Part shown: piece after piece, positions 1 to 8,215 of the stretch
Numbering within the stretch: the first letter of the stretch is position 1
Layout: each line of letters opens with the position of its first letter
Assembly (NCBI GenBank): GCA_034007295.1
Contig: JAVERC010000002.1
Location: forward strand, 7,959 to 71,958
Source: Desulforegulaceae bacterium
Lineage (GTDB): Bacteria; Desulfobacterota; Desulfobacteria; Desulfobacterales; JACKCP01
Length of the DNA stretch: 64,000 nucleotides
Reading direction: 5' to 3'
Translations under genes and position numbers: made by a program
Notes under the pieces: model-generated
Told to the model about the DNA's origin: nothing
The model's database searches: none
What the model saw: the letters and a program-made list of their open reading frames with translations, nothing else

Positions 1-189
1 GGGGAATCCAACCCCTCTTATTTTAATGTCTTTAAGTTCTCCTTTTTTCTTTGCAAGCTCTTTATCAAGAAGAATCGGGGCACATAAAAAATTACCATAA
101 TCAATCCAATGGCCGTCTTTAATTGCAGAAAGTGCTTTTTGCGGTGAGCATAATTTTGAGTTGTATTCTTTTGTATAACTTGGCTTCAT
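1..189 (-). CDS. Acetyl-CoA hydrolase/CoA-transferase family protein (5' part; runs off window start)
   Basis: Manual translation from ATG at 189: MKPSYTKEYNSKLCSPQKALSAIKDGHWIDYGNFLCAPILLDKELAKKKGELKDIKIRGVGFP, typical of the N-terminus of acyl-CoA:acetate CoA-transferases. SD AGGAGA upstream. Confidence 0.75.
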   Translation of the reverse strand, partial: MKPSYTKEYNSKLCSPQKALSAIKDGHWIDYGNFLCAPILLDKELAKKKGELKDIKIRGVGFP

Positions 190-229
190 TGTTCTCTCCT
201 TATGGTTTTTTTGTGTTTGCCATAGGTAA

Positions 230-246
230 AGCAAGTGGTGTGCCAG
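230..246 (-). promoter_or_regulatory. Sigma-54 (-24/-12) promoter of the CoA-transferase gene
   Basis: Minus strand reads CTGGCAC-ACCAC-TTGCT, matching TGGCAC-N5-TTGC, about 40 bp upstream of the ATG. Confidence 0.85.
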
Positions 247-317
247 GTTATAGGTTGATTTTTAACTATTTGAAATTATGGAATAAAAATAAATAGATTA
301 TTTAAAAAAATATAAAA

Positions 318-397
318 TACGACAAAAAATACGCATATTTGAAGGCTGGTCAGTTTTATACGACATTGATGTCGGTCAATACGACAAAAAAGACGTT
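318..397. promoter_or_regulatory. Candidate upstream activator sites for a sigma-54 activator
   Basis: Three TACGACA-initiated motifs (318, 359, 380). The middle one contains the palindrome CGACAT-TG-ATGTCG (361-374). They lie 70-150 bp upstream of the sigma-54 promoter. Confidence 0.6.
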
Positions 398-400
398 GTT

Positions 401-781
401 TTATTTTTGGAGTTTAAGAGAAATGATATTTTCCATAAAGCTGAAATGCTTGTCCAGTGTGTATATTCTACAATTATTTTGCTTTGCATTCTGAGCAATT
501 ATCAGGTCAGGTATTCCAATTTCATTGAGCCCGCTTAAAAGGCATTTGTATTGATATTCAATAATTTCATCCCAAATGACATTAATTTCCAGTTTATTAA
601 TATGATGCAGCAAACTAATAAGTTTTGTTTCATTTTTGATTTTAAGAAAAGGTATTAATTCTGTGAGTATAAGGTCATTTGTTACAAGAAGATTTTCATC
701 AATTAAAAAATCCATATATAAAGAATTAATACTGCCTTTAAAATAGTCTATCCATATTGAGGTATCAACCAGAACTTTCAT
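401..781 (-). CDS. vapC: PIN-domain toxin (VapC-like)
   Basis: VLVDTSIWIDYF, ILTEL, IPDLIIA and TLDKHF PIN motifs; ATGA overlap with the antitoxin. Confidence 0.88.
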   Translation of the reverse strand: MKVLVDTSIWIDYFKGSINSLYMDFLIDENLLVTNDLILTELIPFLKIKNETKLISLLHHINKLEINVIWDEIIEYQYKCLLSGLNEIGIPDLIIAQNAKQNNCRIYTLDKHFSFMENIISLKLQK

Positions 782-972
782 TTACGGCTCCGGATAGTTT
801 CCAAATCAATGTCTAAATTAATTTTTCCCTTAAAATCTTTTATCTCTGATAATTTCGATTTTCTGATTAATTCTTCAAGTGCAGTTATAATTACTTTTGT
901 TTTTGTATTGATTTGAGCAGCTTTCATGGCTTCATTTATTAAGTCTTCTGGTAAATCAAGTGTTGTTCTCAT
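778..972 (-). CDS. vapB: VapB-like antitoxin
   Basis: MRTTLDLPEDLINEA...TKTKVIITALEELIR ribbon-helix-helix-type antitoxin directly upstream of the PIN gene. Confidence 0.85.
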   Translation of the reverse strand: MRTTLDLPEDLINEAMKAAQINTKTKVIITALEELIRKSKLSEIKDFKGKINLDIDLETIRSRK

Positions 973-982
973 GATAATCTCC

Positions 983-1022
983 TTTTATGCATAAAAATAA
1001 TAAATTATGCATAAAAAGTCAA
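983..1022 (-). promoter_or_regulatory. TA promoter with two palindromic operators
   Basis: TTTTATGCATAAAA (983-996) and TTATGCATAA (1005-1014) overlap a minus-strand TTGACT-N17-TATTTT promoter. Confidence 0.65.
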
Positions 1023-1023
1023 T

Positions 1024-2808
1024 TTATCTTAAATCAAGGTCAAGCATTTTACGTTCCAGGGTTCTTCTGGTAATTTTCAAAAAATCAGCTGTTTTTCCCC
1101 TGTGTCCGTTGTTTTTATCAAGGGCTGATTTAATAATAATTTTTTCATAATGTTTAAGGCTTGATTTTAAATCCCCGAAATATTCAATCTCTTTACTGGA
1201 ATTATCTGGTTTAATTTTAGATTTAAACTTGTCTGAAAAACTTAATGCCTCGTTTCCAAGGGTTACAAATCTTTGCATTGTGTTTTTGAGTTCTCTTATA
1301 TTTCCGGGCCAGTTATGGTGCTGAAGAGCGTCTAAAACATCTGGTGTTAAGGGAGGCGGGGTTTTGCTTATTTCATTTAAAAAAGATTCACATAAAAAAG
1401 GAATGTCTTCCTTTCTGTTTCTTAAAGGCGGAAGGTGAACAGGAATCACATGGATTCTGTAAAAAAAGTCTTCCCGTATAAGATTTTCTTCAACAAGTTC
1501 CTTTAAGTTTTTATTGGTTGCGCCAATTATTCTTAAATCAGGTTTTATGATTTCTGTAGTTCCAAGTGGAGAAAATCCTCCTTCATCAATGGCTCTTAAA
1601 AGTTTTACCTGAAGTGCAGGTGGGATTTCACCAATTTCATCTAAAAAAAGAGTTCCTTTGTCAGATTCTTCAAGAAATCCTTTTGTCGATTTTTCAGCAC
1701 CTGTAAAAGCTCCTTTTACATGTCCGAAAAACTGGCTTTCCATTAAATTTTCAGGAATTGCTCCGCAGTTTACAGGAACAAAATTATTTTTTGCTCTATG
1801 GCTTAGTTCGTGAATTGTTTTAGCTGCAAGCTCTTTTCCTGTTCCTGATTCTCCGTAAATAATAACATTTGCATTACTTGTTGCAGCCTTTAAAATTCTT
1901 TCATAAACATCCTGCATTGCTGCTGATTTTCCAATTATTCTTCCAAACCTGAATCTTTCCTTAATTGAAGCCTTAAGCCTTATATTTTCCTTTGTAAGAT
2001 TGGCTTTTAATAATCTGAGCCTTTCTTCCTCAAGCTTAATTTCATGAATGTCTGTTATTATGGAAAGCTGTTTTAAAACATTTCCTGAAGTATCACAAAT
2101 CGGGCTTGAAATAGACCTGTACCATCTCTGGTCTGAAAGTCCCTTGAATTCATATTTTGCACTTTCCCCCTTAAATACTTTTTTTAAAGGGCAAAAAGAG
2201 CAGGGCGAGTCATTGTTAAATATTGCTTTGTAACAGGTTTCGCCGATTATATCTTTTCCTGTTCTTTTAATAAGAGCATAATTTGCAAATTCTATTTTAT
2301 AGTTTGGAAAGACTGTATAAATAAATCCCTTAACATGGTCAATTATGGCACTTAATTCTTCTTCTCTTTCCTTCAGGGTTTTTTCAGCAAGTTTTTTTGA
2401 AGTGATATTTACAAATGTTGCAAGGCTTGTTTTTGTGCCTTTTATCATGTCAAGTTTTATGAAAATATGCTGGAGTCTGCCGTTTCCGTCTATGAGTCTG
2501 CATTCATATTCCTGTGGTGCAAGGTCTTCGTTTATTCTTCTTAAATTGTGATATTTCTGCATCCTTGCAATATCGTCTTTATGAATAAACTCAGGCCATT
2601 TTATATAACCTTCTTTTTTATTTTCTCCAAAACCAAAAAGTTCCTTTGCTTTTTGGTTTGCCATGGAAATGGTCATGTCCTCTTCAATAAGAATGGACGG
2701 AGCCATTGACTGCTCAAAAAGATAACGAAAAACTGCTTCGCTTTCCCTAAGCCTTTTTATTTCAGTTAAAAGACTTTTTGTGATTTTATCTTTGTTTTCT
2801 TCAGTCAA
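1024..2808 (-). CDS. PAS-domain sigma-54-dependent transcriptional activator (bEBP, Fis HTH)
   Basis: Two PAS-like regions, GESGTGKE, GAFTGA, LFLDEIGE, WPGNIREL and a C-terminal HTH; TTG start. Confidence 0.93.
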   Translation of the reverse strand: MTEENKDKITKSLLTEIKRLRESEAVFRYLFEQSMAPSILIEEDMTISMANQKAKELFGFGENKKEGYIKWPEFIHKDDIARMQKYHNLRRINEDLAPQEYECRLIDGNGRLQHIFIKLDMIKGTKTSLATFVNITSKKLAEKTLKEREEELSAIIDHVKGFIYTVFPNYKIEFANYALIKRTGKDIIGETCYKAIFNNDSPCSFCPLKKVFKGESAKYEFKGLSDQRWYRSISSPICDTSGNVLKQLSIITDIHEIKLEEERLRLLKANLTKENIRLKASIKERFRFGRIIGKSAAMQDVYERILKAATSNANVIIYGESGTGKELAAKTIHELSHRAKNNFVPVNCGAIPENLMESQFFGHVKGAFTGAEKSTKGFLEESDKGTLFLDEIGEIPPALQVKLLRAIDEGGFSPLGTTEIIKPDLRIIGATNKNLKELVEENLIREDFFYRIHVIPVHLPPLRNRKEDIPFLCESFLNEISKTPPPLTPDVLDALQHHNWPGNIRELKNTMQRFVTLGNEALSFSDKFKSKIKPDNSSKEIEYFGDLKSSLKHYEKIIIKSALDKNNGHRGKTADFLKITRRTLERKMLDLDLR

Positions 2809-3466
2809 ATTTAATTCCGTTTTCTTCCTTTACCATGCAGTAAAGTCTGAATGTTAAAACAAGCACAAGACTTCCTATTACAGAAAAAACATAGTCGGTT
2901 ATTATAAGTATAAAAGGATTGAAAATATTTAAAATATTTAGATAATTTGCAAAAAGAATATATGGAAGTGTTGCAATGAGAAAAATAACCACAAAAATTG
3001 TTGTTACTTCAAAAGTTGCACCTTTTGTTACATTAAAGCTTTGCTTTAAGGCATCTATTGGTTCCATGTTTTCATAAATAATGTAGTAGTTGTAAAGCGA
3101 AAGTCTTGCTCCTATTATTAGTCCTGGAAGAATAAAAAAGAAAACTCCAAGTATTATAAGAAGTCCGTATAAAAGAACTGCTGTTATCATTTTTGGAAGA
3201 TATGAAAGGCTTTTGGAAATTATTTTTTTAATATCCATTGGTTCTTTATTTAAAATGCCTGAAAATAAAATTGTCATGGCTGCATTTGAAACAGCAATTA
3301 TAATTATTCCAAAAATTAAAATTAAAAAATTTAGATTTGTTTGTCCGTATTTTATAAAAAAATTGTCAATTAAAATTAAAGGAAGTTCTGTAATTGCTAC
3401 AATAACAGCAATTTCCTTTAAATTTGCCTTAAAAAAATCAAAAATTTGAAGAAGTATTTTATGCAA
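2801..3466 (-). CDS. Integral membrane protein (YciC/UPF0259-like)
   Basis: About 5 TM segments with a GVFFFILPGLII...ALKQSF pattern. Confidence 0.6.
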   Translation of the reverse strand: MHKILLQIFDFFKANLKEIAVIVAITELPLILIDNFFIKYGQTNLNFLILIFGIIIIAVSNAAMTILFSGILNKEPMDIKKIISKSLSYLPKMITAVLLYGLLIILGVFFFILPGLIIGARLSLYNYYIIYENMEPIDALKQSFNVTKGATFEVTTIFVVIFLIATLPYILFANYLNILNIFNPFILIITDYVFSVIGSLVLVLTFRLYCMVKEENGIKFD

Positions 3467-3470
3467 TTTA

Positions 3471-3974
3471 TTAAGCCTTTCTAAATATAATTTTGTTCAT
3501 TTCAATAAGTTCGTTTTTAAATTCAAGATATTGCTTCTCATTAAAAGTAGCGTCTAAAGTCCATTCAAGTCCATAATAAATTCCAAGATAGTCGTAATTG
3601 AAAATTTTATACTTTTCTCTTAAAAAATCTATTGCCTCGGGGCAGAAAAAAGCATTGCAAATTGGACTTTTATGGGTTTTCAGTGCACATCCCTGCGACG
3701 TGTGATATTCGCATGGGCTTGGTGTTTTTATATGTTCATAATCTGAAGGGGGACCATAAATTTTCTCCCTTTCTTTTTTTAAAATATCATAGGATGAAAT
3801 ATCTAAGTCATATTTTTTGTAATATTTATTTTTGCAGCATCCAACAGCTATGTCATTTGTTTCAAGCTCTTTTTTTATGCAGTATGGAAAGCAGTAATTA
3901 AAATTTTCACAAAAATCATTTAAAATTTTTTCAAGCTCAATATATCTTTCATATAAAATTCTTCCATTTTCCAT
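3471..3974 (-). CDS. Cys-rich hypothetical protein, probably metal-binding (YkgJ/CxxCxxCC-like)
   Basis: CFPYC...GCC...PCEY..QGC...PICNAFFC. Confidence 0.6.
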   Translation of the reverse strand: MENGRILYERYIELEKILNDFCENFNYCFPYCIKKELETNDIAVGCCKNKYYKKYDLDISSYDILKKEREKIYGPPSDYEHIKTPSPCEYHTSQGCALKTHKSPICNAFFCPEAIDFLREKYKIFNYDYLGIYYGLEWTLDATFNEKQYLEFKNELIEMNKIIFRKA

Positions 3975-3977
3975 ATT

Positions 3978-5213
3978 TTATAATTCATTCCATTTTTTTA
4001 TGTCCGGGTCAAATCCAAGCACCAGGCAAAGACAAAGAACTTTTGCAAAATCTTTCAGGGCTTCTTTTCCGTTTGATTCGTCAACAGAAATAAAAAAACT
4101 GTTATTTTGCAAAAGAGTCTGTTTTCCAAGGTCTGTAAGGACTTTTTTAGGGCCTGATTCTATAAAAAGTCTTATTCCGTCATTATATAAAGTATTTAAG
4201 TTGTTTGTAAAAAGTACCGGATTTGTGAGCTGTTTTGAAAGATTTTCCTTTATTTTATCAGCATTGCTGTTGTGAAAATTTCCTGTGGTATTTGATGTCA
4301 CAGGTATTTTTGGGCTGCTGAAGTTTATTTTTTCAAGAATTTCAGTAAAAGGATTTAAAGCATCTTTTACAAGGGGAGAGTGAAAAGCAGCTGAAACAGG
4401 AAGAATAATTCCCCTTAATTTGTGTTTTCTGAAAATTTTTGAGGCTTTTTCAATTTCATCACTTTTTCCTGACACAACATTTTGCTTTGGGCTGTTATGA
4501 TTTGCAATTGTAAGCTCAAGGTTTTCTTCATTTATTATTTTTTCAATTTTATCGATAGGACTTAATACAGCCATCATTTTTCCGGCATCTTTGCCTTTTG
4601 AGCTTTCAGCCATTACTTTTCCCCTTGATGATGAAAGAAAGATAAATTCTTCAAAATCAATTACACCTGCTGAATAAAGTGCTGTAAGTTCACCAAAACT
4701 ATGTCCTGAAGATGCATTTGGAAAAATATTGAATTTTGCTAAAACATACTGATAAAAAGCTGAAACAAGTCCAATTGCAGGCTGTGCGTTTTCTGTGTTT
4801 GTAAGCTCTTCCTGGTGTCTTTTTATGTCTTCATCATTTGTGTAAATAAGAGAGGTTAAATCTTTTTTTGAGCTTACATTATTAAAAATTTCATCTGCCT
4901 TTTCAAAAAAGTCTGATTGAAAAATATCTTTAATTTCTTTTCCCATATTTACATACTGGCTTCCCTGTCCCGGGAATAAAAAGGCCTTTTTTTCTATATT
5001 TTTGCCTTTGTATAAAAACATATTTTCTGTTTTTATAAATTCGTCAGTATTTTCACATGCAGATTCAAATTCTTTTAAAAAATCGTTTGTTTCTGATTTT
5101 AAAAATGAAGCTTTTATTTTATCTGTTTTTGAAAATGAAAAATCATTGTTTTTTATTTTTGTTTTTATTCCTTCAATTGAATCTGAAGAAACTCCAAGAA
5201 TTTTTATATTCAA
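3978..5213 (-). CDS. Stand-alone PKS-type (PfaA-like) malonyl/acyl-CoA:ACP acyltransferase
   Basis: FLFPGQGSQY, AQPAI, GHSFGE, ANHNSPKQ and VSAAFHS motifs; short N-terminal linker-like extension; TTG start. Confidence 0.85.
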   Translation of the reverse strand: MNIKILGVSSDSIEGIKTKIKNNDFSFSKTDKIKASFLKSETNDFLKEFESACENTDEFIKTENMFLYKGKNIEKKAFLFPGQGSQYVNMGKEIKDIFQSDFFEKADEIFNNVSSKKDLTSLIYTNDEDIKRHQEELTNTENAQPAIGLVSAFYQYVLAKFNIFPNASSGHSFGELTALYSAGVIDFEEFIFLSSSRGKVMAESSKGKDAGKMMAVLSPIDKIEKIINEENLELTIANHNSPKQNVVSGKSDEIEKASKIFRKHKLRGIILPVSAAFHSPLVKDALNPFTEILEKINFSSPKIPVTSNTTGNFHNSNADKIKENLSKQLTNPVLFTNNLNTLYNDGIRLFIESGPKKVLTDLGKQTLLQNNSFFISVDESNGKEALKDFAKVLCLCLVLGFDPDIKKWNEL

Positions 5214-5247
5214 TTTTTTCCTCGCTGAGTTTTTATTTAAAAAATTT

Positions 5248-5415
5248 GTAACTATTTAATTTTACTAAAGAACAAATGCTGAATTTTTTCTGTGCCGGTT
5301 TCATGAGATAAGTTTTTATCTCAAGTCTTGGAGCACAGCCAATGAGGTTCAGAAAGAATTCAGCAGTTGTTCGATTTTTAACTGAACAAAAAATTTCTTT
5401 TTCAGACAATCACTA
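5248..5415. mobile_element. Composite MITE remnant: family-2 body joined to a family-1 terminus
   Basis: 5248-5387 aligns with the reverse complement of 47891-48036 (aaagaac..ctg..tttt..ggtttca.gagataa..tga/cgagg.tcagaaa..cagca). 5381-5415 (actgaacaaaaaattt...caatcacta) matches the family-1 end at 47822-47857. Confidence 0.65.
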
Positions 5416-5428
5416 ACAAGTCTTCAGT

Positions 5429-7309
5429 TCAGATATAAAGCTCTTTTAAATCAAAGTTTAAGTTAATATCAAGGTTATTTATTAAATTAATCCTTGAAAG
5501 AACTCCTGCTCCAAGTAAAAGAGCTTTGGAAATTTCAGGTGCAGACCTGTTTTTATAGTTTTCAAATCCTGTATTTTTGGAAAAAGTATTAAAAGCTGCC
5601 ATTGAAGGGCCGCACCAGATTTGAAAATCGTCTTTTCTTTCTTCAGTTCCCTTGATTGACCACCATGAAGACTGTCCAAGGTATGACTTAAAAATTAAAG
5701 CCATTTTTTTCTTTGGATTATTTTGTGCTGTTTCAATTAATTCGGGTTTTATTTTTTTGAAATATTCTTTTGTAAGTTCCCATTCTTTTTCTAAAGAATG
5801 TTTGAAAATTTTTGATTCAACATAATCAAGGTCTTCTTTTTTTATGTCTTCAATTGAATTTGATTCACTATAAATTTTAAAAAGAAGTTTTGCTCTGTTT
5901 GCAAACTGGGTTTTTGCTTTTAAAACCTGAACTTTTCCTCCAGTTTCAAATGTATCAGCCGATGGAACAAGTTCAAAATCTGCCTGACTTGCCTTTGAAA
6001 GCATTTCCTTTACAATGTCTGATGTTCCAGCTTCAATACATGACTGATTTATTGAACCTGTCATTACAAAATCAGCTCCCATTGAAAAAGCTGCAAGAAC
6101 AGACTGCGGAGTGCTGATTCCTCCTGCAAGGCCAATAAAAATATCTGTATCATAATTTTTTTGAAATTCTTCCTTTAAATAATAAATTTCAGGGAAAAGA
6201 CAGATTGCAGGCTGTTTGTCTGTGTGTCCTCCTGAATCGGCTTCACAAATAATATCAGACGACATTGGAATCTGAGACCCAAGTTCTGCTTCTTCTTTGG
6301 AAATTAAATTTTCATTTAAAAGCTTTTTTAAAATTTTTTCAGGCGGAGGCGACAAAAAAGTTTTTGCAACTTCTTTTCTTGAAATTTTTGCAAGAATTTT
6401 ATTTGGAACAATAATTTTTCCCTGTTCTTTTTTTATTCCTTTTACCCTGAAATAAACAAGTCCGGGAGTCATTTTTATATATGCTCCTGCACTTATTGTA
6501 TTTATTTTTTTTAAAACAAGTTCTTTTAAAAGATTTAATTCATTTTCCTGATTTCCCGGGATATTTATAAGGTTTATGGAAAATCTTTTGCACTTTGATT
6601 TTAATATATCAGCTGTATTTAAAATTTCCTCGTTTGTAAGTCCTGCTGAACCAAAATCTGCTAAGAATCCGTTTTTTGAAAACTCTTCCACCATTTTTAC
6701 AGACGAAATTCCTTTTGCCATTGCACCTGCAAGAAGGGGATATTTTATGTTAAATCTTTCCATGAATTTTTTTTGGGGGGTAAAATTAAATTTTGGGATT
6801 ATCAATATTGGATTTGATGCTGGTGTTTTTGATATAAAGAACTTTTGATTTATTTTTTGGTTTCCTGTTGAGTTGTCTGGCTCCCAAGCTCCTGCCTGGG
6901 AGTTTTTATAAGCATTATTTTTATTTGATGTAGGTTCCCAAGCTGGAGCTTGGGAACCAGCCTTGTTATATTCACCGGCTTTGTTATATTCACCGGCTTT
7001 GTTATATTCACCGGCTTTGTTATATTCACCAGCCTTGTTATATTCACCAGCCTTGTTATATTCACCAGCCTTGTTATATTCACCAGCCTTGGTATATTCA
7101 CCGGCCTTGGTATATTCACCGGCCTTGGTATATTCACCGGCCTTGGTATATTCACCGGCCTTAGTATACTCATCACCTTTAGTATATTTATCAGCCTCAT
7201 TACATATATCAGCCTCACTGTAATTTGAGCTGTAAACATATAAATTTGAATTAAGCTCCCGTAATAGTCCTAAAATTTCTTTTTTATTTGAATTTGTGAG
7301 TTCAATCAT
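5429..7309 (-). CDS. pfaD: PfaD-like FMN-dependent enoyl reductase with in-frame repeat insertion
   Basis: AGAMAKGISS, FGSAGL, CEADSGGHTD, GLAGGISTP, TGSINQSCIEAGTS, ADTFETGGKVQVL and FQIWCGPSM are PfaD motifs. Confidence 0.88.
   Translation of the reverse strand: MIELTNSNKKEILGLLRELNSNLYVYSSNYSEADICNEADKYTKGDEYTKAGEYTKAGEYTKAGEYTKAGEYTKAGEYNKAGEYNKAGEYNKAGEYNKAGEYNKAGEYNKAGEYNKAGSQAPAWEPTSNKNNAYKNSQAGAWEPDNSTGNQKINQKFFISKTPASNPILIIPKFNFTPQKKFMERFNIKYPLLAGAMAKGISSVKMVEEFSKNGFLADFGSAGLTNEEILNTADILKSKCKRFSINLINIPGNQENELNLLKELVLKKINTISAGAYIKMTPGLVYFRVKGIKKEQGKIIVPNKILAKISRKEVAKTFLSPPPEKILKKLLNENLISKEEAELGSQIPMSSDIICEADSGGHTDKQPAICLFPEIYYLKEEFQKNYDTDIFIGLAGGISTPQSVLAAFSMGADFVMTGSINQSCIEAGTSDIVKEMLSKASQADFELVPSADTFETGGKVQVLKAKTQFANRAKLLFKIYSESNSIEDIKKEDLDYVESKIFKHSLEKEWELTKEYFKKIKPELIETAQNNPKKKMALIFKSYLGQSSWWSIKGTEERKDDFQIWCGPSMAAFNTFSKNTGFENYKNRSAPEISKALLLGAGVLSRINLINNLDINLNFDLKELYI
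6877..6960. repeat. Inverted doublet of REP-like palindromes inside pfaD
   Basis: CTGGCTCCCAAGCTCCTGCCTGGGAG (6877-6902) and, inverted, CTGGTTCCCAAGCTCCAGCTTGGGAACC (reverse complement of 6933-6960). Both are GC-rich hairpins in AT-rich DNA. Confidence 0.75.
6961..7194. repeat. 18-bp coding tandem repeat, 13 units (AGEY[N/T]K)
   Basis: 7 units of C[C/T]TTGTTATATTCACC[A/G]G, 4 units of CCTTGGTATATTCACCGG, then 2 degenerate units. Confidence 0.97.
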
Positions 7310-7314
7310 TTTTT

Positions 7315-8214
7315 TTAGTTTCTTGGATGAAATTTATCATGAATTTTTTTTAACTGCGATTTTGAAACATGGGTATAAATCTGAGTTGTTGCAAGGTCTG
7401 CATGTCCAAGCATAATCTGAACAGACCTTAAATCTCCGCCTCCTTCAAGAAGGTGGGTTGCAAACGAATGCCTTAAAATATGTGGAGAAACATTTTTATT
7501 TATTCCTGCCTTTTTAGCATAAATTTTAAGCTGTTTCCAGATGGCCTGTCTTGTAAGATGTTTACCTCCCTGTCCAACAAAAAGATAGGGTGAGGTTTTA
7601 TTTTTTAAAAGTCTTCCTCTTGCATGCTCAAGATAATCTGACACAGCTTTTATTGCATAACTTCCAACAGGAACAGCTCTTTCCCTGCTTCCTTTTCCAA
7701 AAACCTTTATATATCCAGGATTTAAAAAAAAGTTTTCTTTTTTAAGGTCTGTAAGTTCAGAGACCCTTATTCCTGAAGCATATAAAAGTTCTATTATGGC
7801 ATTGTCTCTAAGTCCTGTGGGTTTTGTATTATCTGTTGAATCAAGAAGTGATTTTATTTCTTCAAGTGTAAGAAAATTTGGAAGTTTAAGGCCGCATCTT
7901 GGTAAATCAATTTTTGCGGCCGGAGATGTTTCAATTATTTCTTCAGCCACCAAAAAATTGTAAAGTCCTCTTAAACTTACAAGATGCCTTGCTCTTGAAC
8001 CCGGGCTTATTTCTTTTTCAGCTAAATATACAAGATAATTTGAAATATCTTTTTGGCTTGCCAAAAGAATATTTTTTTTTGAATTTTTTTCAATAAAATC
8101 TGAAAACTGCATAATATCAGAACTATAAGCTGAAAGAGTTTCTTTGGATAGTCCCTTTTCTATCATTATATATTGGTAAAAACGGTCAAGAGCCTGGTTT
8201 TTTAAACTTGTCAT
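7315..8214 (-). CDS. xerD: Tyrosine recombinase XerD
   Basis: LLYASGIRVSEL, GKGSRER, SPHILRHSFATHLLEGG, MLGHADLATTQIYTHV and HPR. Likely start is ATG 8214 rather than 8277. Confidence 0.93.
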   Translation of the reverse strand: MTSLKNQALDRFYQYIMIEKGLSKETLSAYSSDIMQFSDFIEKNSKKNILLASQKDISNYLVYLAEKEISPGSRARHLVSLRGLYNFLVAEEIIETSPAAKIDLPRCGLKLPNFLTLEEIKSLLDSTDNTKPTGLRDNAIIELLYASGIRVSELTDLKKENFFLNPGYIKVFGKGSRERAVPVGSYAIKAVSDYLEHARGRLLKNKTSPYLFVGQGGKHLTRQAIWKQLKIYAKKAGINKNVSPHILRHSFATHLLEGGGDLRSVQIMLGHADLATTQIYTHVSKSQLKKIHDKFHPRN

Positions 8215-8215
8215 T

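Noticed and set aside
6961..7194. CRISPR-like array (also 13754-14173)
   Set aside because: Units are contiguous with no unique spacers, are multiples of 3 within ORFs, and no cas genes are present.
6850..7239. Alternative-frame ORFs over the VNTRs (6850-7239, 6950-7228, 6963-7223, 13747-14268)
   Set aside because: They are open only because the repeat units lack stops; they are shadows of the real genes.
7315..8214. Integrase marking a genomic island
   Set aside because: The sequence is typical housekeeping XerD in an operon with the M24 peptidase; no att sites or tRNA were seen.
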